63,158 bases of DNA from Octopus bimaculoides (GCF_001194135.2 NC_068994.1:53541231-53604388), one strand, 5' to 3'; positions 26,477 through 39,493 are shown, numbered from the stretch's first letter. A program made the numbers and translations. Notes: generated by a model not told the origin, from the sequence alone.

Positions 26477-29400
26477 GTAAGTTATGTTGAAATGTTTTGA
26501 AGTGCCCCACTCCTGCTCCCCTGGAAATATATTTTATATCGTTTTGCTTTGTTTTGAACTAAAGAGAATTGCTATTTTCTTATTCCATCGATGAAAAGTA
26601 TTGTTATGATCGTCTGCCACAAATATACAAATTGCGATCGTTTTACTCAAACTGCGCACGTTTACCTGCATTGTGCCCATATGTATATAAGTAAACGTGT
26701 ACCATCGTCCAATTTTTAAATGATACAAGGTAGACCATGGTCAGAATCGTTAGTATCAGACAAAATGCCTTTCGGTATTTGTTCCAGCTCTTTATGTCCT
26801 GTGTTCAAATGTCGTTGAGGTCAACTTTGCCTTCCGTCCCTCTGAGGTCGATAAAATAAAGTACTAGTCTGTAGGTGGAATTGTTAGAATGTTGGACAAA
26901 ATGTCTGGCAATATTTGTTACAGTGCCAAACTGTATCAGCCCTTCCTTTTCCTTTAAAGATCTGTGGTAGTGTGACCTCTCGTTTGCTTGGTGGCTATAG
27001 TCAACACCCCACGCACGCAATGTCTTCGTCTTATGTTGAAATTAACAAAAATACCCCCTCCCCAATCTATTTTCACCCTACGAGATTTAGCTATAATTAA
27101 AGGAAGGCCTGAAGGGAAATAAGCCAATGTTATTGCCATCAATATGGCACAATCCAAAGATTCAGTCTTCAGTGAGAGTGCTTAGAATATTTGTTTCTGG
27201 TAGAGCAAAAATTTTTTAGCTGTGACCATTCTTTGGCATTTTCTTATGTGCATGGGAACCCAGGACCACATTAAGTTCCATGTCCTTTTTTAAAAAAAAA
27301 ATCGGTTGTGTGTGGCTTGAGATAGATTTGCTTTCTAATATAGGTACAATGTCACATATCTGGAGAGAGCAGAGCTGGATGAAGACCTCTCATACCATAA
27401 GCACAACCTAAAGATGATTCTTCTCAATTCTTCCATTGCCTAACTTACAATGCATTGACATAAGTGCCAAATGTGAAATTGTGGCACAGTAGTAACCAAG
27501 AAATATATGTATCCATCGGTTTTCCAAGTTGCTAATATCATCTGTCAGTTGCAATTCCTGACAAAAAAACGTTGAATAAAAGATGTCAATGTGTTCCAAG
27601 TTCCAAAATAATTGATTAAAAATTTGGTCTTCTCTCTGACTAGACCCCACAAATATATTCTATTTAACTTAACTATTTTAAACTTCATTTATTTAATATT
27701 AAATAGCAGTAAGCGATATAAGCAAATTATTTACTTATGATTAGGACAGCCGAGAAAAATATGAACTTTCCACATGTTTTATTCATTTCATTAGAAAATT
27801 GTTATATCATTTACTGCATTGTAAATCCATCATGGGGGAACTCTATGATACCCTCTTTCCTCAGTACCCTAAATGCTTATTTTGTGTAATGGTTAATCCA
27901 GCCCTGGGAGAGAGGAAATTCTGTTACTTTAATACTTTATCGATCCCAAAAGGACAAAAGGCAAAGTTGACCTCAGTGGGATTTGAACCCACACCTTAAC
28001 AGGTGCAACTAAATATTGTGAGGCTTTTTTGTTTTTTTTTTAAGGTGCAGTTCATTACAGTGATGCTATTACTTGACTACTACTAAATTTGACTGAAATG
28101 AAATCATCATTTATCTCTATTTCGATATCAAGTACTCTTTTTTCTCACAGTCAACACTAAATGTATGCATATGTATGTTGTTGTTTGTTCCTCCTCGATC
28201 CATGCCTGGCTTATAAGTTTCCCGGTTTCATTGGTGTATAGGTCCCTGACCTGGATGGGACGCTGGCCCATCGTAATATATATGCATACATACACACATA
28301 TATACATGTGTGTGTGGGCTTATTAATGCTGAGAGAAACCAGAGGATTTCAAGAAGCTCAATTTTTCTTTAGTATCCTACAGCATTGTATGAAGGGAGAG
28401 AGAACACTTTCTCTGCACAGCATACTAGATGAAGTAATAGCTTTTAGAATTTAACAAATCCAACAAGATGACTGTGGTCAATTTGAACTTCAGTCCTTCA
28501 ATGACTAGTTCAGTATCTTGGTTATTCCACCATTCTCCATGTAATATATTATATACTTAATGTATGTTGAATGATTTTCTTACATATTTTATGATTGTTT
28601 TGTTTCTAGTGTACCAACATAACAAAACTCAGAGGTTTTCTTTTGCAACACCGGAAGAACTATATCAATGCTGGTGGGTAAGTAGGTTATTATTTTTCTC
28701 ACCAAGTTCTGTTTATGCATGTGAGTAGAGTTTTTCCTACCATACATTGAAGATACAGCGTAGAAGGATGAGGCTAGCGGGACACTGCATCAGGCATACC
28801 AATGAAATTGCTAACAAGCTGGTGCTCTGGCAACCAACAGAAGGAAGAACCAGGAGAGGAAGGAAGAAAACAACCTATATCGACAACTTGTATGGAAGGT
28901 CGAACAGACTTCTAATTAGTATGTTCTTCCGTTTTTAGATGGTTTACTGTGGCTTGAGGGTGATTTGACTGCTACTTCTGCGTCTCCCTTTGGCTAACTC
29001 AAGGGAGATTATTGCAATCTTTAATTGCCGTTTTGAATTGTGTTCTCCCCCTTGTTATATGTTAACATACAAGTCATTAACCAAAACTATTATTTTATAA
29101 AATGTATCTTAAATATTCAGAGTACCCCTCTATTCTATTTGGTTTCAGGTATTTGATGAGTGGTGCTCAGATGGAAGATTCTGAGCGAAACCAGATTGAT
29201 CAAGATTGTGAAAAGGTCATTAAGACATGCCAAGACACCATCAAACATTTCAAACAAGAAGGTATATTTGAAAATAAGCATTAGAAGTTTTGGATTTTTT
29301 TTAACATTCCAAAATCTGGCCTTAGGTGCCTGTATGGATCAGCTGGTTCTGTAAATTTTTGATATCTGTCATGATTCAATATCTTTCATGATATGCTTAC

Positions 29401-32400
29401 ATTTAGTGTCTCAGAGAAGAAAGATGTGTGGAAGTGGCACTATGAAAGATTACTAAATGTGGAAAATGAATGGGAGGAGAGTCTTTCTAATATCAAACCA
29501 ATTGAAGGACCAGCTATCAGAGTTGGTAGCAGTATAATAGATAGGCAATTAAAGATATGAAGGCAGGGAAAACCCCTGGACCATCAAGTAAAAGTCTCCA
29601 ACAGTGGGATATAGCCTAGTCACTCACATTGTTAACCAGGTTATTCAGGAAGGCATCATCCCCAATGACTGGTGTAGTAGTATTATAGTTAGCTACTACA
29701 AGGTTAAAGGTGATGTCTTAGAAATAGATACAGAGGTATCAAAGTACTGGACCAGGTCATGAAAGTTACAGAAAATTATAACTCAACTGATTAGGAATAA
29801 AATCAAACTAAATTAGATACAGTTTGGTTTTGTACCTGGGAAAAGTACCACAGGTGACATCTCATAGTTGACGGTTGTTTCAACAATTCTATAGTAACTA
29901 GTCTTGTGTCATGTCCATAATTTGTGGATTTTCTGTTTATTTGGAGCGACTGTTTCATAAGGGTATATCCTCCTTGCAATTTTGAGATATATGCTGTCTA
30001 TAGAGATACTTCCTAAGGTAAATGCCTGGATTATCTTATTCCAACTGATCTATTATATATACATGTGTGTGTGTTTGTGTATAAAAACATTTTTGTTGAT
30101 TTATGATTATTTCTTATGTCCATATTTATATCTTACAGTTAGTGCCCAGAAAGTATCTCCTCAAGTTCGACAACACTGGGATGGAGTCATTTCACTTTTG
30201 GAAGCTTATCTAAAATGTAAGATTTTATTTCATTAAAATGTTACTAGTTTCAGTTTTTGGGTTGTTGCAATGCTTGGACACCACTTTCCATGATTTTTAG
30301 TCTATTATATCGAACATGGTTTTTAATCTACACTTTTTATTTACCGAATGGTTAAGTCAGTTTTTTATCCCCATTTTATTTTTAGTTTAAAGAAATGTAA
30401 CTCAAGACAGTTTCCAAATTTTATTGAGAAGGTACCACAAGTACTCAGCTAAGGTGACGGACTGGAGGAATTGATAATATGGAGCAAGATGCTTGATGTA
30501 TCTGTTCTGACTCTTTGCACATGGTTTCCAATTCAGTCCCACTGCATGGCACCTTAAACAAGTGTCTTCTGCTTTAGCCCTGGGCCAACCAAAGCATAAT
30601 GAGTAGATTTAGTAGATAAGAAGTTGAAAGAAACTCACTGTATGTGCACATATGTCTGTGTGTATGTTAGTGTGAGTTCATATTTACTCTTGCTAGCATG
30701 GAAAAGTAGACATTAAAACAGTAATGATGGAACACACCATCAGGGAATGTACATCTATATTACTTGTCTATACCAATCCAGCCATCTCTCTTATGCACAG
30801 GTTAACATCTTGAATATTTCTACCATGTGTTAAAGATAATAAAGTAGGTGGATTGTTTTAGAAGCAAAGTATAGACCAAAATGTTTTGTAAAACATAATT
30901 GTCTTTTACATTCTGATAGGATTGAAAGTTTCATCTTTAATTTCCCAATCCATACTGCTAAAATAAGTACTTGTTGTATACTAAAGAGTAGGAATGGGTC
31001 AGTCAATTCAAATAACTATGCTCCTCCCTCACAGATGTGTGACTGAGCCAGTGGAAGATACTAATATTTCAGTAAAAAGCAGTTTTTCTGAATTTTTGTT
31101 TGTATTTGTATTTTCTTCCTCCTTGTGAAATTATATTTTTCCACTTTTATTTATTCCTATACAGCTGTTTGCAAAATGTACAGTGAACAAAGAGCTGTTC
31201 GAGTGAAGCGGGTTGTCGACAAGAAACGCATGTAAGTACCAAACAAGAGATATGCATGCAGCTAGTACTGCACGCATACTTCCTGCACTCTTTTTCCACT
31301 TAGGTTGACTTCCCATTTAAAAAGGGCAAAAATAACATATAGTCCCTAGTTTGTGGCAATGGAATATCAGGTACTCTATAGTATAATCAGTGATGTGGTT
31401 GCCTGGCAACAAATAGACATAGAGGTTGATTCTTGTCTGTAGACCTTTCTCAACTTGGTGCTTATAATGGCAAATATTTGCTTAAATGTAACATCATGCA
31501 GCAATTGCATAGACATCAATGACATTGAAGAACAGACATATGCTCATACACTTTATATAGTTCCCTGATTTATAGAAAATAGAACAGTGTTTGCTAATTC
31601 AGAGGAAGAAAATATTTCTGACTCTGCTTGTGCCAGTCTATTGCATCTGTAGTACCTCCAAAATAACAGCAAAAGTTAATAGAGTAACTTACAGTTAGTA
31701 TAGTCTATTGGCTGAGAATACACTAGGCATGGCTGTATAGTCAAAAAGTTTGCTTTCTAACTACATGGTTTCATATTTAGTCCCAACGTGGCACCTTAGC
31801 TCTACTATAGCCCTGGGCCAACCAAAGCTTTGTGGATGGATTTTGTAAATGGAAACTACAAGAAACCTGCGTGTATGTTTATGCCTCCTTGTCTTGATAT
31901 TGCATGATAGTTGTAAATGAGTGCCAGTCATAGAAGCAGTGTTGTTCATTTCCAGTCTTCCAAGGAAACATATCTAATGATGAAGAAATATTACTTTGCT
32001 TGGAAACAAGTGAGGGTTGGCAACAGGAAGGGTATCTAACTGTAGAAAATCTTCAAGAAATTCCATCTGACTGTTGCAAACATGGCAAGTGAGCATTAAA
32101 AGTACAATGATGATGTCTGCAAACAGAAACTCTCCTAAAGCTAGGTTGATAGATGATTGATACACATTTAGCATCATAGAAACCAGAGATAAATCTGATT
32201 CAGTGAAGTATACTCTCTAATTATCTAGCTAAGATGGCAAAATCAGAACCATCACTAAACAGACTTCACATAGGTAACCCACTGATAACTTCTCACTCTT
32301 TACTGGATAGCTTGGGAATTTTAGTCTCTTGCTAAGGTTTTGTTGTGTTACTGAATTGGATTAACCTTTTCTGGTAATATCCCACTCAAGGGAGCAGTTT

Positions 32401-35400
32401 ATTTCTTATGTGTTAAAATCTATAATGGAATCCAAATATTGGTTGAGGAAATAATCATTTGGTAATTGTATTATTACTGTATGCTTTTACTAAATTATCT
32501 CACATACAAGTTACTGACCATCTCATTAAATTAAGTTCTTGGTCAGTAGTGTTGTTACATCCATTCTCTTACTACAACCTTACACAGGTACAACACCAAC
32601 ATTCCAGACAAGAATGGTTTGGAAATTTTTGTTGTCTGCAATGATTTACAAGCTGTAACTTCAAATTCCCACAGCTGCCAGACTAGTTTACTGGTGCTTT
32701 GCACCCTTACACAAACTAGTAGTATCATTTATACTAATGTACAGGTACCAGTATTTCATTTAATATATTTAAGTAAACTTAACATTTGTTTAATTTAATT
32801 TAGAGTGTATTGACAAAAGTGACTATCTCTGTTTTGGGAAAATCAGTAATCTGGAAAGACTTTGGAACTAAATGTTCTGGAAAATCACTGTTGTACCTGA
32901 ACTGTTACTCTTGAATTTCATTGTCTTGTTTTTGTTGTTATTACTACTGCAATTGTCACTTTTACATATATTTTCCCTGCTGATATGGTGTAGTCTATAT
33001 AATACAGTATCCATCTAGATCCTACATCATATTGCCTGAGGTTTTGGTCTGGTCCTATGTTCACAGCCCCTTCCAGAAGCTGTCTTTACCCCATTTCAGT
33101 AATAGAATTAAATCAGTTTGAATTTCTTATATAATAATAGTAATAATAATAATGATGATGACGATAATTTCTTGGTCTCCCTTGATTTCTGACAGCTCGA
33201 GATTGGAACCAGAACAAAGACTGCGTGACAGTTTCAAGAAGTTGTCTTCTAGTGACAAACCTGTGGCTTCTGAGGGTAAAACGTTTTTTCTTTTTCTCCC
33301 TCTGTCTAAGCTTGAATGTGATTCTTTACTTTCTCATAGTCCCAGATGTTGCCAACAAGGATCAAACATTTGCAATAGCAACACTTACCTTAGTTATGAG
33401 TAAAAATAGGGATTTGCAAACTATGTTTCCCTACAGATTGTAGCAGCAGGGGCATTAACAGGGTTTTGTATAACTGTGAGCAAGTCTTCCTCTGAACCAG
33501 TGCCATGTTAGACCCATACAAGAGGGTGCTGAAAAGTTCTTAGAAAATACAGGAGGATCAGTTAGTTATGATTTTATTCAATATATTCCTCCCTCAGGTT
33601 CACATGCTATAAAAGAACTCAGAAGGTTGGGCCTCCAACCAAGCTTTTTGTGATACCCTTAAAACCAGGAACTTTTCAGCACTCCCTCATAATAGTACCA
33701 ACTTTTAGTATGTCAGCCATATTACTGTAAAAGTTGGATAGGTGAGTCAGTGGTCTTCATAATAGACAATCAAGTTGTAGGCAGTTCACAATTTGATTTT
33801 TCTAAATGTGTTGTGTCTATGGCAACTTAAATCTCAGAAAACTTGTAATGCAAGGTAGTGTAGAGCAACTCACCACTGGTTACAACTGAACAGTTGCTCG
33901 ACCTACAAGAAATAGCAGTCAAATCTCCCTCTAATCACACTTTATCGTTTTAAAATAGAATAGGATGCACATTAGATAATGTAGTCTCAGATACCCGCCA
34001 AAAAGATGGTTGAAATGCTTTTGGGCACAGGTCTGTTTGTTCAGATTGACCTGGGGTTAATCAACAATAACAGCAATACTGTAAAACTGAACAATGTTTT
34101 CTTAGTTTGGACTGCCAGGTTCAATTCTGTTCAACAGGAAAGAAGTTATCTGTGATAGATCAGCTATCTCTCATTTGCTGCCTCTTATCTATTTAACATC
34201 ATAGAAACCAAAAATAAGCCATGATCTTGTGAACTTTGGAGTTTTCATGAAGGTATACAGTCTTGTAGTTATAAGTACAACTTAGAAATATTTTGGGATA
34301 CCATTACTGATTTGTCAAAGGGTTTGTCATAGACAGTGACCTTCATGACTAAGACGAGGGCCTTCAAAGATTAAGACACTGGCCTTCAGAGTCTGAAATA
34401 CTGGTCTTCGAAAACTAAGAGCAGCCTTCAAAAACTAACACTCTTGCTTCAAAGACTTACACACTGGCTTTCACAGACAAATCCCAATGGAGATTATTCT
34501 CTCCTGCTTCAATTTCAGTGTTGGTATTATGGCTTCTTCTAATAAAATATCTCCATTTCTGCCTAATTTTATTTTATTATATTTTTTTCTATTTGCATCA
34601 AGCATTGTTCATCCAAAAATTTTTTTTATCATTATTTTATATAATTCAGAAAAAGCTGAAAATGAAATTGGCAAAATTCCTGCAAAGGATCAAACAACTA
34701 TCAAAACTTCTTGGCAACCATCAGATGAAGAAGTTGATGAGGAAGATGTGATATCACCTGAAGAAGCAGAAAAAGTACATACCTGATGTTTCTGGGTTTT
34801 TTTTTTTCCTTTTACTAGAATATTAGCTTCAGATATTTCCTTTGTAATCATTGGTTCTTGATTCAGTCCTTCAGGGTGGCAATTTGGGTATGTGTCTTCT
34901 ATTTAATCTTGAGTTGATCAAAGTCTTGTGAGTGAAATTTAGTAAATAGAATCTATGTGAAGGCTTATTTTGTATATATGTGTGTGTGTGTGTGTGCGTT
35001 TATAGAGAGTTACATTTCAGGGTCAAAACACTCAATGATCATTGGACACCATGTGATGACATCAATTCCTTCTGATTAAAGCTACATACACCAAAGGTGA
35101 ACAAAGGAGAAGTAGCTTCTTTTAGATGTCATTAATCTAACCTCTCTCTCTCATATCATCATTTAACATCTGCCTTCCATGCTAGCTATATATATATATA
35201 TCAATGGATAGGATGGCAGAATCCTTAGAGCATTAGATAAAGTGCGTGACTCTGATCTCAGTTGAAATCCTGTCCAGGTTGAATATGTCTTTCACTCTTC
35301 AGTTGTTGCAATACTGTAATAATTGACTAAACCCTAGGAGGTGGTACACCAGCAAAGTCACAGTCCAATGACTGACCCTAGTAAAAGAATAAAAGTATGT

Positions 35401-38400
35401 CTATTCCTTCCACTATTTCTAATTGTAGAAGCTGGTTTTAAATGAATACCAGTGTATTACTGTTAATTATTTTAAACATTCATTCTTGGTACACAGAATG
35501 CTCAGATGTTTGGCTCACAATCATAAGTTCCTGGATTGGGTGATACATTATGTCCATGAGTAAGATACTTCAATTCATATTGCTCCAGTCTATACAGCTA
35601 AAAATGAGTACCAGCCAAATGTTGATGCATCTCTCTCTCCGGCTGTCACATCCTGGATGTGCCACTGGGTCAAAGGGCAGGCTAGTTAAGAGAGTGTCTA
35701 TATCTACTTGTTACTACATAGAGACCTAAAACAATTTGTAAAAACATAGTACATGTTTCCAAGCTATACTCATTTATGTATGACATCTGATATACATCCA
35801 TACATATACATGAGAGAGAGAGAGGTGGTCAACCTGAGGAGATACATGTCCAAAATTCTATGCTAACCAGTTATCCAGGTTTACACTATGTAAATGTTTT
35901 ATTCATTTTTTTTTATTATTTTAGTTTGAAGAAGAAAACCAAGCATTGATGGATGAAATGCATAGTTTGATGTCTGAAGTTAAGTAAGTAAAATTCTTTG
36001 TTCTGCTTATCTCACTTTTGTTATAAACATGCTATACAGTTTAAAGCTGCAATGTTGAAATAGTGTTTGGTGTTTAAATATCTGTGTGAGATGAGCTATT
36101 GTTGTTTAACTGTATGCCACCCTTGTCTGAGCAAACTGATGGCCAAAGGTAATCCAGCCTTGACTATTTCCTTTTTATTCAGATATTGAACACATTATCC
36201 TATATGCCCCTCTCCCTTGGGATGTGATTCAAAGGAGATTCAGTGTTAATACATCTCTTCTCTTTTTACAGACAAATTGAAGGGAAAGTTCTGGAAGTGT
36301 CTCAACTACAAGAAATATTTGCAGAGAATGTTTGGGATCAGGTAAACTAACCTTACCTCTGTCTACTCACTTGCTTTCGTTTTGGTTTTTCCCCAGTTTG
36401 AAGAACAAAGAAGAAAGACATTGTTACCATTCTCAGAGCTTGAATCCATGTCAATGCAATGTGTAGTTTGTTATATTAGTGTGAGTATGAGTGCAACACC
36501 TTAGACTCAATGTTCATTTTGAACAGTTGCAAGTCAACATCTACAAAGAAAATATACTAGGGGAAAAGCTCCAGCTGGCCACTATTCCAGAGAGGAAGGG
36601 TTGGCTGTAATAGTCAGTGGATAGATGAGATAAGGTAGGAGAAATGAATCTTAAGTGACTGAGTGGAGATGGCTTGAGACTAACCAGCTCCAAGTGCAAG
36701 TGATGAAGGTTGGGGTTCAGTGGTGAGTGACTTCATGCCTGTCAGTCAAGTGTGGTCTAGGATGGCAAGATACAAACAATTGGCTAGTAACAACATCCAG
36801 TTCACTAACTGCATTAATAGTCCCTTGGTCTATACAGTCATCTAACAATCATACAACACTCTACCACCATTACACAAGCTAAAAAGGGGGTCTTTTTTTG
36901 ATTGCTCACTTGACTTACAAGAAATAGCAGCCAAATACTGCTATTTTGAAAAAAGGGAGACACATTGGACAATCTAATCATAGATTAATAAAGACAGGGT
37001 GGCTATGATTATAGATCATCTCAGTGCAGATTTGGAGTTAAAAATAACAATCACTGTGCAAAGAAGGGTAACTGCTGGTAAGATTGATAGTGCTGTGATG
37101 ACAGGATGGTTCCATATCTTTGTGTGTGTACACTTACAGCTGCTTAACAGGTGAATGAATGCATCAATGTTGTTTAAGTCTAGATGAAGATCTGATCTAG
37201 CAGACATGTGGTCAAAGGTTCGATCTGTGACCATGCCAGTTTTTTTNNNNNNNNNNNNNNNNNNNNNNNNNNNNNNNNNNNNNNNNNNNNGGGTCTGTTA
37301 GAGACTATATACATTGGGTTACATTTTCCTATGTGTCTTTTTCTTTTTTGCAGATGGTAACATATGATTTGTTACTAGCAATAAAGTGGCTACATAGAGG
37401 TCCCCTTAGCTCAAATGAAGGGACGTATAACTTTCACTTTCTTGCCTTTAACCCTCCAACGCGGAGTATAGGCCATTTATAATTGAATTCCATGTCGCAT
37501 AATTTTTCGCTTCTGTACTTATACTCTGCCATGAATGTCCCCCTTTCTCTAGCTTCTTTTGTGTTGATCTACACCACGAGTTCTTAAGCCTACCCCTCTT
37601 TCTATATCCATCCGGATTCCACTGTATAGCACTTTTCGCTACATTTGGTGTGTCCTTTCTAATTGTGTTACCAATCCACTTCCACTTTTTCTTAAATATT
37701 TGCTCCCTAATCGAAACTTGATTCGTTCTTTGCCATAGTTCCATATTGCTTATGTGTTCGGGCCATCTGATTTTAAGTATACTACGCAAGCACCTGTTGG
37801 GACATATAACGAGTGTGTTTCAATGATTAATAATATTAGTAATTATCTTTCATGCTTGGTGATTGCAGGAAAAGAAGATTGACCAAATATATAACACTGT
37901 AAGTGGTGCATCAGAAAATGTTACATCTGGAAATGAACAGATTCGAGAGGTAAGCCTATTATCTTATTTCAATCTGTGCGTGTGCGCTGTGTATGTGGAG
38001 CACTTTCTGTGATGTTAAGGCACCAAGTTAGTGATGACATTGGGCTCCGAGTTAAAACTGCGGCCAGAATCATTCTGTTTTTTGCTCTTGTTTTGGCTGC
38101 AGCAAGGTACATAACTCTGTTTGCTCCAGTTTCACCATTCTAATTTTTTTTAATCCAAAACAGTTATTGGTGGAAAGAAGGGCATCAAACTCTGGATGCA
38201 TTTATTCCTACGAAACTAATCCTGCTCAGGAAAGCTTGATTAAATGAACATAAAAGAAACACAATATGTATGATGATACACACGCATGCACAATCACACA
38301 CGTGGGTGGCAGAATTTGTAGTGACAAAATACTTACTAATCTTCGGATGTGTTCATTTAATTTTTACATTCAAGTATCATCATGCTTGAATTTGCCTTTC

Positions 38401-38688
38401 ATCTTTCCAAGATCAGTATGATAAATACTAGTGCTCAAAGTAATCAACTATAACTAGAAGCAGTGCGCCAGTATGGTCACAGTCCTATCATTGAAACCAT
38501 TAAAGAGATGATATATAGGTTATTTTGCAGTACTTAAATATACTTGCGCATATATATATATGTGCGTGTGTGTATAAAATATGTGAGTGTGTGTGTTTGT
38601 ACAAAAGTTATAACACTGAAGAGTTCAAGGGAATCTCTTGATCATTAAACTATATGTTATAGTTTCATTTCATATGCATAGACATTTC

Positions 38689-38720
<32 letters not shown>

Positions 38721-39010
38721 GAAGTTTTATTGTTCACTCACCTGATACTTTGAGTTTTCCCTGTATAACCATTACTGAAAAAAGAAATATTTGTCTATAA
38801 CTTACCCTGACTATATCAATTTTAGCTTTTAGTCTGTGTTAGAAATCATTATCGTTGCCATCATCTTCAAATTGATTCTTTTATGTCTTTTTTTTTTTTT
38901 TTTTCTTCACACAGGCCATGAAAAATAATGCTGGCTTCCGAGTATGGATATTATTCTTCCTTGTGGTCTGCACCTTTGCATTACTGTTTTTAGACTGGTA
39001 CAATGACTGA
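26315..39010 (+). CDS. STX18: Syntaxin-18 (ER Qa-SNARE), complete 11-exon gene; CDS = join(26315-26476,28610-28677,29149-29261,30139-30216,31165-31231,33196-33275,34650-34774,35925-35983,36272-36341,37869-37949,38915-39010) = 999 nt, 332 aa
   Basis: Manual splicing gives one open frame: [20 protein letters not shown]...[16 protein letters not shown]...ERNQIDQD...[21 protein letters not shown]...[46 protein letters not shown]...[31 protein letters not shown]. These motifs match vertebrate STX18 as I recall it ([21 protein letters not shown]; [15 protein letters not shown]; C-terminal TM anchor). All introns are GT-AG with compatible phases. Confidence 0.97.
28610..28677 (+). CDS. STX18: STX18 exon 2 ([22 protein letters not shown])
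   Basis: tttctag acceptor, gtaagt donor, 68 nt. Confidence 0.93.
28745..28890 (+). mobile_element. RTE LINE C-terminal fragment in STX18 intron 2
   Basis: [16 protein letters not shown]...[23 protein letters not shown]. Confidence 0.85.
29149..29261 (+). CDS. STX18: STX18 exon 3 ([37 protein letters not shown])
   Basis: ggtttcag acceptor (phase 2), gtatat donor, 113 nt; the upstream cag at 29118-29120 is out of phase. Confidence 0.9.
29405..29870 (+). mobile_element. RTE LINE RT N-terminal fragment in STX18 intron 3
   Basis: [18 protein letters not shown]..., [11 protein letters not shown]...[20 protein letters not shown]..., [10 protein letters not shown] (frameshifted). Confidence 0.8.
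30139..30216 (+). CDS. STX18: STX18 exon 4 ([26 protein letters not shown])
   Basis: tcttacag acceptor, gtaaga donor, 78 nt. Confidence 0.92.
31165..31231 (+). CDS. STX18: STX18 exon 5 ([21 protein letters not shown])
   Basis: cctatacag acceptor, gtaagt donor, 67 nt; hallmark STX18 motif. Confidence 0.97.
33196..33275 (+). CDS. STX18: STX18 exon 6 ([26 protein letters not shown])
   Basis: ttctgacag acceptor, gtaaaa donor, 80 nt; starts with S(K/R)LEPE motif. Confidence 0.85.
33517..33691. mobile_element. Tc1/mariner MITE in STX18 intron 6
   Basis: Termini tacaagagggtgctgaaaagttc / gaacttttcagcactccctcata, TA-flanked. Confidence 0.75.
33886..34078 (+). repeat. Representative copy of an abundant unclassified ~250-bp interspersed repeat with (AAC)n tail
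   Basis: ctcgacct...gaaatagcagccaaatctccctc...gataatgtagtc...ctgacctggggct/ttaa(acaac)n motifs recur roughly two dozen times in the window. Confidence 0.8.
34650..34774 (+). CDS. STX18: STX18 exon 7 (acidic linker, ...[12 protein letters not shown])
   Basis: ataattcag acceptor, gtacat donor, 125 nt; ends like vertebrate ELSPEEIQM. Confidence 0.88.
35925..35983 (+). CDS. STX18: STX18 exon 8 ([19 protein letters not shown])
   Basis: T-rich tract plus ag, gtaagt donor, 59 nt. Confidence 0.96.
36272..36341 (+). CDS. STX18: STX18 exon 9 (SNARE motif N-half to zero-layer Q)
   Basis: tttttacag acceptor, gtaaac donor, 70 nt; [23 protein letters not shown]. Confidence 0.96.
37448..37800 (-). mobile_element. 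RTE LINE 3' end, antisense, in STX18 intron 9
   Basis: [24 protein letters not shown]...[11 protein letters not shown]...[22 protein letters not shown]. Confidence 0.92.
37869..37949 (+). CDS. STX18: STX18 exon 10 ([27 protein letters not shown])
   Basis: gattgcag acceptor, gtaagc donor, 81 nt. Confidence 0.96.
38915..39010 (+). CDS. STX18: STX18 exon 11, C-terminal transmembrane anchor and stop
   Basis: poly-T tract plus cacacag acceptor; [31 protein letters not shown]; TGA ends at 39010. Confidence 0.97.
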   Translation, partial: AMKNNAGFRVWILFFLVVCTFALLFLDWYND

Positions 39011-39456
39011 GGCCTGCCACATACAGCAACAACAAGGACGCCGTCACCTTTCTGCCTTACTGTGATAACAACTTATGCTACCACCAGCACCACAACTATC
39101 TTCATCTACATCACCATATACACTCCCTTTTCTTCAACATTTTCAGATGAACAGCTTCTTGCTCAATTTAATATAATAATAAAGAGGATGATGATGATGA
39201 TGGTCATGAAGGTGGTGATGATAATAATGATGAGGACAATGATTGTGGTGCTGGTGATGATGATGATGATGATGCAATATATTTCTGACAAAACCTCTTT
39301 CATTAATGACTTCTGCTGCTCTCTACTTTGTTATGCTATGTTCTCTTTCTCTGTCACGTTCTTATTCTAATCCTTCTTCTTTTTGTATCACTCCTCCCTC
39401 ACAAATGTACTCTGCTCTATCTCATTATTTTTCTTTTTTGTTCCCTACTTATGTTT

Positions 39457-39493
<37 letters not shown>

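Noticed and set aside
29118-29148. Upstream alternative acceptor for STX18 exon 3
   Set aside because: Out of phase with exon 2
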